Source: a virus (taxonomy: Duplodnaviria > Caudoviricetes). Taken from it: a DNA stretch of 24,378 bases. The stretch is from IMG/VR virus record IMGVR_UViG_3300020045_003708, positions 1 to 24,378 of that record. One strand, 5' to 3'. Below are positions 16,293 through 24,378 of this stretch, piece by piece. The stretch's first letter is position 1; each line of letters opens with the position of its first letter. Below the pieces are notes generated by a model. The model made no database searches, was not told the DNA's origin, and saw nothing but the letters and a program-made list of their open reading frames with translations. The position numbers and the translations under genes were made by a program.

Positions 16293-16717
16293 TGGCTTAT
16301 TTTTAGTTCAAAATTTAATCCTGCGTTATTTAAAATAGCTAAGTACTCCTCAGAGTCTCGCTTATAAGCGTCTTTTTCATTTTGAGAATACCCTCTTTGA
16401 ATTGGTACGTATAAAGATTCTTTTCTACAAAACAAATCTATCTTTTTGGCTCTTTCTTTTTGCTTTAATTTCAAATACGCCTCCGCTTTTTTCTCTTCAA
16501 GTTGTAGCGTTGTGGTTCGTCCTGCTTCGGTAATTTCCAAAATTAGAATTACTTCTTTGGCTTTTGGTTTCGAAACAATTTTCTTTTTAACTGCTGGTTT
16601 TTGTTCCAGCTTATAAGCTTCTGTGATTTTATCAACTTGAGCGGTTAAAAGGTCGAAGCCTAATAAATCCAAATCGTCTCTAAGGTCTTGCAATAGTAGG
16701 GGTATGGTTGGTGTCAT
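16286..16717 (-). CDS. Hypothetical protein
   Basis: 143-aa ORF overlapping both neighbours. Confidence 0.65.
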   Translation of the reverse strand: MTPTIPLLLQDLRDDLDLLGFDLLTAQVDKITEAYKLEQKPAVKKKIVSKPKAKEVILILEITEAGRTTTLQLEEKKAEAYLKLKQKERAKKIDLFCRKESLYVPIQRGYSQNEKDAYKRDSEEYLAILNNAGLNFELKISQC

Positions 16718-16914
16718 AGTCTGTTAGTATAATTCATTTTACTTGGTATGATTAAAAAGCTATCTTTTTCTATATGGGTGTCAGTCTGAATAAGTATTAA
16801 AGCTACTGCTGTACGGCTTAAATTAGTCTCCCGCATTATATCCTCAAGTCCTTGCTTTCCGTGACTATATAAACTTACAACTATTTGTTCTTTACTTATT
16901 AGTCTTTCGGGCAT
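16714..16914 (-). CDS. Small putative HTH protein; start reassigned to MPERLISK
   Basis: GLEDIMRETNLSRTAVALIL resembles an HTH; the shorter start reduces overlap with the primase gene. Confidence 0.5.
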   Translation of the reverse strand: MPERLISKEQIVVSLYSHGKQGLEDIMRETNLSRTAVALILIQTDTHIEKDSFLIIPSKMNYTNRL

Positions 16915-19282
16915 AGTATTTTTGCTTTCCATACATTTTAAAGTTTTTAGTCGTGGCGCAATACTCCCACGCGTCAAGGGTTTTCATTATGTCGTTAATA
17001 TCTCTCGTGTTGTATCGGCTCATGTCCTCTTTGTTCTTACCCAAACACTCGCACCAAATCTCTGCCATGCAAACGTATTGCCTTTGCGCGCCTTTGTCTT
17101 TTGGCCCATCAAGATAAATCCTACGCTCAAATACGTCTAACTTATCCCAGTTATCAGGTAGTAAAGCATTGAGGTAAGAATCCACTAAACCGCTGCGCTC
17201 GTCTGTCTCGGAGTGTTTCGCTTGTTCGTTCTTGGCGATTGCTTCGGCTTCTTGGCTCAGAAATAAAGGCTCTTTGGCTTTGAACATAGTAACTGCCTCC
17301 GCCCAAATCTGATCTACTTCACCTGGTAAATCATTAACAACATGTTTGATTAATCTATCCTGATTGACTGAGATAGGCATAAAACGCCTGTTACCTGAGG
17401 GATCAGTCAAGAAGTCCTTTTTGTTAGTTGTTCCCCAAAATGTCGTTTGTCTTTTGTGCGTCTCAGTCACTCTCCCATAAGCAGCACGAAAGCTGTCCTC
17501 TTGTTTGGTAATGAAGTGCTTAACCGCTTCTACGTCTGACTTTCTAAGCCCTGCAAGTTCTGCCATTTCCATAAGCCAAACTCCCTGTATTTGCTCAAGA
17601 GCTTCTTTGCCGTGTACCGTCATGAACGTATCACTATACCAGCTCTTACCCAAGGTGTTAATGAAAGTTGATTTGTAAGCCCCCTGATCGCTCACAAGTA
17701 CTAAAACTAAATCGAATTTGCAACCGGGGTTAAATACTCTAGCAACCGAGGCAACAAGCATTTTTCTGATTGCTTCACGGTGGTAAATAGTGTCATTAGC
17801 TCCGAAGTAATCAATTAGCATGGTATCGACTCTTTCTACCCCGTCCCATTTCAACTCCCTGAGATAATCTTTAATAGGATGGTAGGATTGTTTTTGAAAC
17901 TCAAGAGCCACACTGTCATCAATTTTCATTACTCCGGTAATGCTGTAAATACTTTCTATATAATTTCGGATTCCCGCATAGTCAACATCCTTAATAGGCT
18001 CGGGCTTTGTGATCTTGCGCCAAGGCAAAGAGCGACAAGCGTATCGTTTACCGTCGAACTCGTTATATTTGAAAGTGCCTTTTAGCCTGCTATCGTTTGC
18101 CAAAATAATATTTATGTTTGTCGAGCTACTAAGGTACTTTCCTTTAGCGTCTGCCTCTAGCTCCGCCATCCAGTCAATATTGTCGTGGTCACCTTCCACG
18201 TTGTCAACTTCTTCGTAGCTTTCTGAGTCTTCGGCAAAGTCGTACTTAGAATTCCCCAATACCTCGGTGGCTAAGGTCTTGCGCACTTCTGCGTCAGCAA
18301 GAGCGAACTCCTCCATAGCTGCGTAGCTCTTAGGCTTTCGACCTTGTGCGCTTCCTTCGTCCAAATGTCCGTATAGGTGCAAGCGCACAAGGTCGAAAGC
18401 GTTGGAGAGTTTACCGCTACAAGGGTCTGTGCCGTGGTGGCTATAAGCGAAAGTGTCCTCATAAACCATAAGTCCTGCAGCAGTACTCCCTTTGGTATAA
18501 GTATAACGCTTGTCGTCTGCTGTCGGTATGTAATGCTCTGATAAAAACTTTTCAATTACTACGCTTATATCATAAGTTCGGCACCAAGCCCCAACAATTC
18601 CTTTTTTGCTTCTTGGGTCTTCTTGCTTTTTAGTAGCTTCGCCAATCTCTCTGATTTTCTTATCGGCTGTGGGCCAAAGGCTTGTATCTTTCCAATCAAT
18701 GTATAAAGCCAGCATTTCGTCAACGTCAATCCAATTCCCTTTTTGCTCCTCGAAATAATACTCAACGTCTTTTGGACTACTAGGCCAAAACATTAGCCTG
18801 TTAGTTTCGAAGGTAGTGTTATCAAATAAATCGATTCCGAGCTGTCCGGCTATTTGCCTTGTGACTGCGACGTACTCGTCTGGTGAGCATTCACGGGACA
18901 AAGGTATAATCAAACGGTAACGAGGCATTGTTGCTGAGTGCTTGTGTGTACCATGCATTACTGCTGCACAATCAAATTGAAACGTAAAGTCTTCCCAAAA
19001 TTCCAAATGTGCGAAGTCTATGTCAAGCGTTGCCACTTGCCTGTGCATTACGTTTTCGGGGTTTCTTTTACCTCCTCGCAAATATCCTCCTACATAACCT
19101 CCTACGTCTTTAATGTGGCTTTGTTCCTCTTTGGTAGAGGCTAAGAACTCCTTATATGTTTCGTTCGTGTGGTGAGGCTCTTTTAGCTTCTTTACAAATT
19201 CGCTGTAAAGCATTGTCGTATTTTTCCAAACTTTGCTCTTGGCACTTCGTCCCGTAGCTACGTTAATTTTTCCGTCTTGCAT
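16892..19282 (-). CDS. Primase/helicase with VirE (virulence-associated protein E) P-loop domain
   Basis: N-terminal primase-like TLDID, HGTHKH and PRYRLIIPL; C-terminal DQGAYKST, WLMEMAEL, GTTN and SGNRRF. Confidence 0.9.
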   Translation of the reverse strand: MQDGKINVATGRSAKSKVWKNTTMLYSEFVKKLKEPHHTNETYKEFLASTKEEQSHIKDVGGYVGGYLRGGKRNPENVMHRQVATLDIDFAHLEFWEDFTFQFDCAAVMHGTHKHSATMPRYRLIIPLSRECSPDEYVAVTRQIAGQLGIDLFDNTTFETNRLMFWPSSPKDVEYYFEEQKGNWIDVDEMLALYIDWKDTSLWPTADKKIREIGEATKKQEDPRSKKGIVGAWCRTYDISVVIEKFLSEHYIPTADDKRYTYTKGSTAAGLMVYEDTFAYSHHGTDPCSGKLSNAFDLVRLHLYGHLDEGSAQGRKPKSYAAMEEFALADAEVRKTLATEVLGNSKYDFAEDSESYEEVDNVEGDHDNIDWMAELEADAKGKYLSSSTNINIILANDSRLKGTFKYNEFDGKRYACRSLPWRKITKPEPIKDVDYAGIRNYIESIYSITGVMKIDDSVALEFQKQSYHPIKDYLRELKWDGVERVDTMLIDYFGANDTIYHREAIRKMLVASVARVFNPGCKFDLVLVLVSDQGAYKSTFINTLGKSWYSDTFMTVHGKEALEQIQGVWLMEMAELAGLRKSDVEAVKHFITKQEDSFRAAYGRVTETHKRQTTFWGTTNKKDFLTDPSGNRRFMPISVNQDRLIKHVVNDLPGEVDQIWAEAVTMFKAKEPLFLSQEAEAIAKNEQAKHSETDERSGLVDSYLNALLPDNWDKLDVFERRIYLDGPKDKGAQRQYVCMAEIWCECLGKNKEDMSRYNTRDINDIMKTLDAWEYCATTKNFKMYGKQKYYARKTNK

Positions 19283-19284
19283 TT

Positions 19285-19605
19285 TTATAAAGATAAGTCG
19301 TTATTACATTCTATTAATGTGCCTGCAACGTAGCTACCAAAAGAGGTATCAAAAGTTAAAACCTCCTCTTTTAAAGCTAAGTTTTTTATTTCAGTTAAAT
19401 TGAAATCTAAGCATTCTAATATAGCATTTAATTGAAAACTGTAATATTTTTTACCATTCGATAAAATAAGAACATGGTATTTTTTTGCATCGCTAAAAAT
19501 TATATTGACTTTTTTAGGGGCTTCAAAAAAAGGGTGTCTACTATTCATATATTTTATTACCCGTCTTGTAGATATAGAAAGGGGTTTTATTTTTAAAAGT
19601 TCCAT
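19285..19605 (-). CDS. Hypothetical protein (very AT-rich)
   Basis: 106-aa ORF downstream of promoter repeat copy 2. Confidence 0.6.
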   Translation of the reverse strand: MELLKIKPLSISTRRVIKYMNSRHPFFEAPKKVNIIFSDAKKYHVLILSNGKKYYSFQLNAILECLDFNLTEIKNLALKEEVLTFDTSFGSYVAGTLIECNNDLSL

Positions 19606-19629
19606 AATTTATAGATTTATTTTGATGAG

Positions 19630-19691
19630 CAAATATAGTTATTAATTCGAGATATAAAAATAATTTTAATAAAAAAGTAAAAAATATTTTT
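19630..19691 (-). promoter_or_regulatory. Conserved ~62-bp promoter repeat, copy 2
   Basis: TATATTTG -7 box plus TAATTCGAGATATAAAAATAA core. Confidence 0.75.
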
Positions 19692-21666
19692 AATCCTTTT
19701 TATAAAATGGTGTCACGTAGCCGTCAGCGGTCAACGGCAAGCCTTTAGCCCAGCTAACCTCTTCGCCTAAAATAGCGCAAAGACTTTCTAATATTTCTTC
19801 CACGTCCATATCTGCGTCATTATCTTCAGGTATTTCGCAAACAACCTCATCATGCACGTGCAAGACAATCTCAAAACCTGCCTCATCGGCTCTTAGCATT
19901 GCTTCCGCGAGTAAATCTCTTGCTATCGCTTGTATAATGTTTTCAGTTAATTTACCCCCGTAGGTGTCTACATAAGTCCACTGTTTAGTCGTTTGGTCCA
20001 TACCCTTATAACGAATACTTTTTTTATCCCATTTGTTCACCGTGAAAGAGGGTTCTCTATAAAATAGGCTTCGTCCCGAAGGTAGTTTAATAGTCATTAC
20101 CTCCTCGTTACAATCAAACTCAATATTTTTGTATTGCGAAATAACTTTCTTTTTTGTCTGGATTGCACGCATTGCGCAGCTTTCCAAGTCTGCCCAAAGT
20201 GCCACAATAGCGGGATTAGCTTTGCGCCACTTCTTAACAATCGTGTCCATTTCAATGTCAGAAAGCCCCATCTTCTCCCCGCCCATAGTTTTTAAAGCCC
20301 CGACTGCTCCTTGATAACCTAAAGCCAATTCCGCCACTTTACCTTTTGCTCTATAGTCTGAGCCTTTGGTAACTTGCTCAATCGGAATATTAAACATTTT
20401 TGATGCTGAGGCTTCGTATATTTTACCGTGTGAGTTAAATACTTTCATACGCCAAGCCTCACCAGACAACCAGGCTATTACCCTCGCTTCGATAGCGCTA
20501 AAATCCGCTACTGCAAAAGTATGTCCAGGCTTTGCTATAAATGCCGTACGGATCAACTGAGATAGTACTGAGGGAACGTCGTCATAAAGCATAGTCGCAA
20601 GGTCGTAATTGCCTCCTGCAATTGTGGCCCGTGCCTCTTCCAAGTCTTCAAGGTGGTTTTGTGGTAAGTTCTGCATTTGGATTAATCGCCCCGCCCAGCG
20701 TCCCGTTCTGTTGGCGCCATAGAACTGAAACAAGCCGTGCGCTCTGCTGTCCTCGCAAGCGCAATTCAACATCGAAAGGTATTTCTTTGTCGAAGTCTTT
20801 GACATCATTTGACGTAAACCCATAACCTCTGTCACTCTTGAGTCGTTGGCATCTTGGATAATTTCCTCAATGCCTCCTTTAGCCAAAGAGGTTATTGTCG
20901 TGCCGGTAATGTCACCAACCCACTTTTTAAGTTGTGCGGGGCTGTTTGGGTTGTCAAGACCTGTCAGTTCCTTTACTTTGTCGTAAAGCTCTGCGCTAAA
21001 TCGGTTGTCAATATCAAAAGCATTTTGCGCCATTACTAAATCAACTAAAATACCTTTGTCATTTATCTTTTGATCTAAGAAGTAAATTTGTCTTTCACTC
21101 TCGGGGATCTCGTAACGCTCCAAGCGTCTGCCGATTTCTCGCTCTGCCTCAACGTCTTGTATACAATATTCCTTAAAGCTTTCCCACTTCTCTGGGTTAT
21201 CACTTGGAAACATACGAACCTTAAAACCGTTCGACTTGGTAGGCTTTACCGGGCAAGAAAAAAAGCGAATCAGGTTTTTTCCCTCTGCGGACTTCCCTTT
21301 CTCACCAAGCCTAAGGGCCTTACTAGCTCCGTCCAAAGAAAGAGGTAAACCACAATACCCCGCCTTAACTGCGGAGCAATGCCACTGGCTTGCTTTGGTG
21401 TAAATGCCGTACGTTTTAAAAGCGTTTCTCTCGAAGTTGGCGTTATGGGCGTGGAGGTTAATTGTCTCGTCTTCCAAAGATTTTTTTAACCAAAGCGGGA
21501 AAGTCTCCCTCTGCGATAAATCAATAATACGCACGGGGTCATTATCAAAGGCGTAAGCGATCATTAAGATTTCAAAGTCAAGGCTCTCGAAGTATTTGTA
21601 AGAGCCACACGTGGTAATGTCGACGCTCGAATAAGTCTCGATGTCAAGGTGTAAATTTCGTTTCAT
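19690..21666 (-). CDS. Family A DNA polymerase with 3'-5' exonuclease domain; start reassigned to MKRNLHLDIET
   Basis: ExoI DIET, ExoII HNANFE, motif A DFSAIEARV, motif B RAKGKVAELALGY, motif C HVHDE; the longer start would overlap a tRNA-like element. Confidence 0.95.
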   Translation of the reverse strand: MKRNLHLDIETYSSVDITTCGSYKYFESLDFEILMIAYAFDNDPVRIIDLSQRETFPLWLKKSLEDETINLHAHNANFERNAFKTYGIYTKASQWHCSAVKAGYCGLPLSLDGASKALRLGEKGKSAEGKNLIRFFSCPVKPTKSNGFKVRMFPSDNPEKWESFKEYCIQDVEAEREIGRRLERYEIPESERQIYFLDQKINDKGILVDLVMAQNAFDIDNRFSAELYDKVKELTGLDNPNSPAQLKKWVGDITGTTITSLAKGGIEEIIQDANDSRVTEVMGLRQMMSKTSTKKYLSMLNCACEDSRAHGLFQFYGANRTGRWAGRLIQMQNLPQNHLEDLEEARATIAGGNYDLATMLYDDVPSVLSQLIRTAFIAKPGHTFAVADFSAIEARVIAWLSGEAWRMKVFNSHGKIYEASASKMFNIPIEQVTKGSDYRAKGKVAELALGYQGAVGALKTMGGEKMGLSDIEMDTIVKKWRKANPAIVALWADLESCAMRAIQTKKKVISQYKNIEFDCNEEVMTIKLPSGRSLFYREPSFTVNKWDKKSIRYKGMDQTTKQWTYVDTYGGKLTENIIQAIARDLLAEAMLRADEAGFEIVLHVHDEVVCEIPEDNDADMDVEEILESLCAILGEEVSWAKGLPLTADGYVTPFYKKD

Positions 21667-21681
21667 TATGTAGATAGATTT

Positions 21682-21755
21682 GGTCTGTAGTAGGGACTCG
21701 AACCCTACTCTCTCCACCATTCCGGTGGCGCCCTAACCGGATACGCTATACAGAC
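21682..21755 (-). ncRNA. tRNA-like element with aberrant anticodon loop
   Basis: Acceptor GTCTGTA/TACAGAC; T arm GTAGGG-TTCGAGT-CCCTAC (6 bp); anticodon arm CCACC-GGAAT-GGTGG has a 5-nt loop. Confidence 0.7.
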
Positions 21756-21764
21756 TTTTAATTT

Positions 21765-21891
21765 AGTAAGATACAACTCTTAATAAGTGCGTTTTAGTAG
21801 CTGTCGACCGCTAACTTTCGCAATAGTATCAATACCCCCGTGCTACACTTCATCGAGCCGTAGACTTAATAGAGTTGCAAATTATCTTACT
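21765..21891 (-). ncRNA. Putative structured ncRNA (~127 nt) between tRNA-like elements
   Basis: Closing helix AGTAAGATA..CAACTCT..AAGT / ACTT..AGAGTTG.TATCTTACT enclosing three hairpins. Confidence 0.55.
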
Positions 21892-21894
21892 TTG

Positions 21895-21965
21895 AAGAGT
21901 AGGCAGGGATCGAACCCGCCTTTGTGCCGTAAAGAGACTTGCTTTACCAACTAAGCTACTACTCT
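21895..21965 (-). ncRNA. tRNA-like element with degenerate anticodon arm
   Basis: Acceptor AGAGTAG/CTACTCT; canonical D arm GCTT-AGTTGGTA-AAGC; T arm GCGGG-TTCGATC-CCTGC; anticodon stem poorly paired. Confidence 0.7.
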
Positions 21966-22118
21966 GCCTATTTTTGACGTAAAATAAAACGGATATAAGA
22001 TTAACTTTTTTATATCAAAAAATTGTTTATTTGATTGCTCCTATTTCGTGCGTCAATCAGTATGCACTAGCCCCTAAAGTGATAAATCAAAGTAGTGGTC
22101 AATTAGGTCTTTCGACTT
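21966..22118 (-). ncRNA. Putative structured ncRNA (~150 nt) between tRNA-like elements
   Basis: GTC-GAAA-GAC hairpin; long-range CCTA.TTGAC/GTCAA..TAGG helix; internal helices TTTGATT/AATCAAA, GTGC/GCAC and GATATAA/TTATATC. Confidence 0.45.
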
Positions 22119-22194
22119 TGGAGGGCTTACGGGGATCGAACCCGTATCGCAAGTTAACCGCTTGCCGCTAGTCCACATTTAGCAGTAAAGCCCT
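22119..22194 (-). tRNA. tRNA-Asn(GUU)-like, non-canonical (G33, 4-nt acceptor-D linker)
   Basis: Acceptor AGGGCTT/AAGCCCT; D arm GCTA-AATGTGGAC-TAGC; anticodon arm GCAAG-CGGTTAA-CTTGC; T arm ACGGG-TTCGATC-CCCGT. Confidence 0.6.
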
Positions 22195-22206
22195 CTTTTA
22201 TTTTAA

Positions 22207-22734
22207 TTACAATAAATCATTGTCTCCGAAGTCGTCCTCTGCTGAGCTTGCGCCACCACCTAAGTTGTCGCCATCCTCAAGCTTTTGAACGTTGTTAAGC
22301 CCTGCCGCAATACCTTTGTTCCCGCTTACTGCGAAAGCATAAAAGTTAATTGACGCTCTACCATAACACCCTGAGTAAAACTCTTCTTTGTCTAAGATAG
22401 GGTTTGTATCTTGATCCACAACTCCTGGTCGTCTTACGCTTGAAGCGTTTAGGAAATAATGCCCTGCATACACTTCGTCGTCTGGTCTTTCCTCGTCACC
22501 GTCTCTTAAAGGAGTTTTTAAGTTAGCTGGCTTTTTGCCTCCAAACTTTGATTTTAAACCCTCTGTGGTAGCTGCCACTATCGCTGCTTCGATTGCTGCG
22601 ATGGTCTTTTTATCCTTTTTAGGGATTAATATCGCAGTACTGAACTTTTTTGTTCCCCCCTCTTCGATGCTCGTAGCCTCGAAGACGTGAACATAACTAA
22701 ATCTAACTTTTCCCGTAATAACTTTTGTACTCAT
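22207..22734 (-). CDS. ssDNA-binding protein, DUF2815 family (T7 gp2.5-like)
   Basis: VRFSYVHVF, PLRDGD, FYSGCYGRASINFYAF, GNKGIAAGLNNVQK and acidic tail AEDDFGDNDLL. Confidence 0.92.
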   Translation of the reverse strand: MSTKVITGKVRFSYVHVFEATSIEEGGTKKFSTAILIPKKDKKTIAAIEAAIVAATTEGLKSKFGGKKPANLKTPLRDGDEERPDDEVYAGHYFLNASSVRRPGVVDQDTNPILDKEEFYSGCYGRASINFYAFAVSGNKGIAAGLNNVQKLEDGDNLGGGASSAEDDFGDNDLL

Positions 22735-22802
22735 TTTGCGTAATTTAAATATTTGCGTGATTTGTTTTAAGCCTTTTAAAATCGCTGCTTAGGATTTTTG
22801 TT

Positions 22803-23294
22803 TTACTTAATTTTATTTCTTAATTCTGAAAGATTAATAGTTAATCTATTTTCAGTTACGCTCGGCAGTAGCGTGAAAGCCTCAGGGAAATTGTCCTGTA
22901 TTCGCTTATAGGTTTTTAAATTGGATAAAGAGGTCTCAATTTCTGCGAGTAATTCTCTTTTTTCTTTTACTAAAGCCTCAAAAGTATTAATAAGAACCAA
23001 TAAGCTTTTTGCCTCTTCCTCATTTGGTTGGAAAGCATTTTTTGTTTTAGGTAATTCTTTTGAAGTTTGTACCCAGTTCCAATCAAAGCCGTTTCCCTGT
23101 AATTGAAAATCTTTTCCTGACTTTATAAATTCTTTGTGCTTTTCAAAAACATTTAAAACCTCTTTCGGTATTCTCGATAAATAGATTTTATCGAAAGCCG
23201 CTGAAACTTTATCTTTTGCTTCTTTCATAGCTAAAGTTTTATTCTCTAATAATTTATTAGCTACCTCTGTAGCTATTGTCTTTGTGATATTCAT
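22803..23294 (-). CDS. Nmad5-like (nucleotide modification associated domain 5) protein
   Basis: MNITKTIATEV start and LKTYKRIQDNFPEAFTLLP..LTINLSELR C-terminus resemble Nmad5 (recalled, not searched). Confidence 0.55.
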   Translation of the reverse strand: MNITKTIATEVANKLLENKTLAMKEAKDKVSAAFDKIYLSRIPKEVLNVFEKHKEFIKSGKDFQLQGNGFDWNWVQTSKELPKTKNAFQPNEEEAKSLLVLINTFEALVKEKRELLAEIETSLSNLKTYKRIQDNFPEAFTLLPSVTENRLTINLSELRNKIK

Positions 23295-23318
23295 TTTTTA
23301 TAGATTTTAAATTCTTTT

Positions 23319-23380
23319 CAAAGATAATACTTAATTCGAGATATAAAAATAAATTTATGTAAAAATTAAAAATTATTTTT
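23319..23380 (-). promoter_or_regulatory. Conserved ~62-bp promoter repeat, copy 3
   Basis: TATCTTTG -7 box plus TAATTCGAGATATAAAAATAA core. Confidence 0.75.
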
Positions 23381-24377
23381 ATAAGTCTTCTGCAAAGTCG
23401 CTTTTTGCCTCTTCGTTACCCATTGCAGGGCGTTTGTCGCTCTCATGTACTAAGCTCGGGGCTGTCTTCTTAAAAGCCACAACCTCGCCTAAAAAGGTCG
23501 GAAATTCTTTTTTACCTACTAACTTCTCAATGTCTCCGATTCCTTTAAGTTTAGTAGTTATATAAGCCTCTTCGTCAAAGCCTTTATCATTTAGTCTGAA
23601 AATTGCTTTCTCTTCATCAATCCATCCTCTACGACTTTGTCCGTCTACAAGTTTATGCTCTGGCCATGCTTTGCCCGCCATTGCTTCGTCGTACATATAT
23701 TGCTCTATGGTTTTGAACCATTTTGAGACATTAGGAATGTTTTTGTAAATTTCCACAAGCTCTGCGTCTGTTAAGAGTTTAGCGTCTGTAAAGTCAGCTT
23801 TTGCCGTCTCTGCTGCAAGGTCTGCTTGTGCTTTGCATCTTGCCGAAGCCTTACAGAATTGGCAATGATCACCTGTTACTTGTTCACCTTTGCCAGCGTA
23901 TGCCTCTAAGGCTTTCGGCTTTACAACCTCTTCGCCCCATTGGCGCAAATCCTCTGCGGATATTTCCCACGAGCTTATTGCGTCTAAACGTGGCTGTGTA
24001 ACGGTTAATCTAATGGTGTGAATGTCGTACAACATATCATAAGCTTCTAAAGCTCCAGAGCCGTACAACTTCAATTGTGAGTTGTTCTCAGCTGATACCC
24101 TTAAACCCATACCGTACTTAAGATCAATAACCTCAAGCGTACCGTCTGCAATAATTATTACGTCACAAGTTCCGAAGCCCTCTTCGATTAAGTGCGTTAT
24201 ATCGACTTTTTGCTCGATCAATAAAACTGCATCGGGCGTAAGGCGTTTAGCCCCCGTGAACTGCTGTATCACATAATCAACATGCTTTTGTACATACTCA
24301 CCCATATCTGAAGAATAGTATTTATTAGCTGTAATTTTATCAACCTCTAAATTGTATTTTTCTTCGTCAATTAAGTC
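23379..24377 (-). CDS. DUF2800 family PD-(D/E)XK (Cas4/RecB-like) nuclease, 5'-truncated by the window
   Basis: IEQKV, FGTCD, VIDLKYG, QLKLY and HCQFCKASARC motifs; the frame is open upstream of 24305 to the window end. Confidence 0.9.
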   Translation of the reverse strand, partial: DLIDEEKYNLEVDKITANKYYSSDMGEYVQKHVDYVIQQFTGAKRLTPDAVLLIEQKVDITHLIEEGFGTCDVIIIADGTLEVIDLKYGMGLRVSAENNSQLKLYGSGALEAYDMLYDIHTIRLTVTQPRLDAISSWEISAEDLRQWGEEVVKPKALEAYAGKGEQVTGDHCQFCKASARCKAQADLAAETAKADFTDAKLLTDAELVEIYKNIPNVSKWFKTIEQYMYDEAMAGKAWPEHKLVDGQSRRGWIDEEKAIFRLNDKGFDEEAYITTKLKGIGDIEKLVGKKEFPTFLGEVVAFKKTAPSLVHESDKRPAMGNEEAKSDFAEDL

Positions 24378-24378
24378 C

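Noticed and set aside
18271-18765. Two alternative-frame minus-strand ORFs inside the primase gene
   Set aside because: Fully nested in a conserved gene with no recognisable motifs
21667-21720. 18-aa N-terminal extension of the polymerase in the ORF track
   Set aside because: It overlaps a tRNA-like element, and the ExoI motif sits right after the ATG at 21666
21895-21965. Ochre suppressor tRNA (canonical counting puts TTA at the anticodon)
   Set aside because: The anticodon stem has two mismatches, position 37 is C, and TAA is used as a normal stop throughout the window, so recoding is unsupported
21765-22118. Hammerhead or tRNA-associated HDV-like (theta) ribozyme, suggested by CTCGATGA..GAAA and CTGATTGA..GAAA
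   Set aside because: The core does not match CUGANGA and stems I-III cannot be built by eye; no HDV-type nested double pseudoknot found
22119-22194. tmRNA end (GGGCT... / ...CCA)
   Set aside because: The acceptor strands close a 76-nt cloverleaf locally; no G3-U70 pair or tag reading frame seen
23379-24377. CRISPR-associated Cas4
   Set aside because: No repeat-spacer array or other cas genes; the DUF2800-DUF2815-PolA context is a standard phage replication module

Overview
A 24 kb slice of an AT-rich tailed dsDNA phage, probably a siphovirus. It likely infects Bacteroidota (Flavobacterium-like), inferred from repeated TAnnTTTG -7 promoter boxes. Essentially all genes are on the minus strand. 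In transcription order (right to left): DUF2800 nuclease, Nmad5-like protein, DUF2815 SSB, a cluster of tRNA-like and structured RNAs, family-A DNA polymerase, VirE-type primase/helicase, VRR-NUC, NUMOD4-HNH-AP2 endonuclease, SNF2 helicase, small ORFs, DEDDh exonuclease, a repeat-rich non-coding region, TerS, TerL, putative tail genes, tape measure, a five-tRNA operon, a Cys-rich protein and a truncated ORF. The standout is the tRNA operon. Its five tRNAs (Pro-UGG, Gln-UUG, His-GUG, Arg-ACG, Leu-UAG) are a near-minimal set for CNN codons and all carry A37, so none is a TrmD/m1G37 substrate. They lie downstream of a promoter, a 24-aa leader ORF with the run CAC-CGT-CTT-CCG-CAA-CCT (His-Arg-Leu-Pro-Gln-Pro, the same five amino acids), and mutually exclusive 1:2 / 2:3 / 3:4 helices ending in an intrinsic terminator. 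This looks like a ribosome-stalling attenuator that turns on phage backup tRNAs when host CNN decoding fails. All RNA folds and protein family calls were made by eye, without searches.
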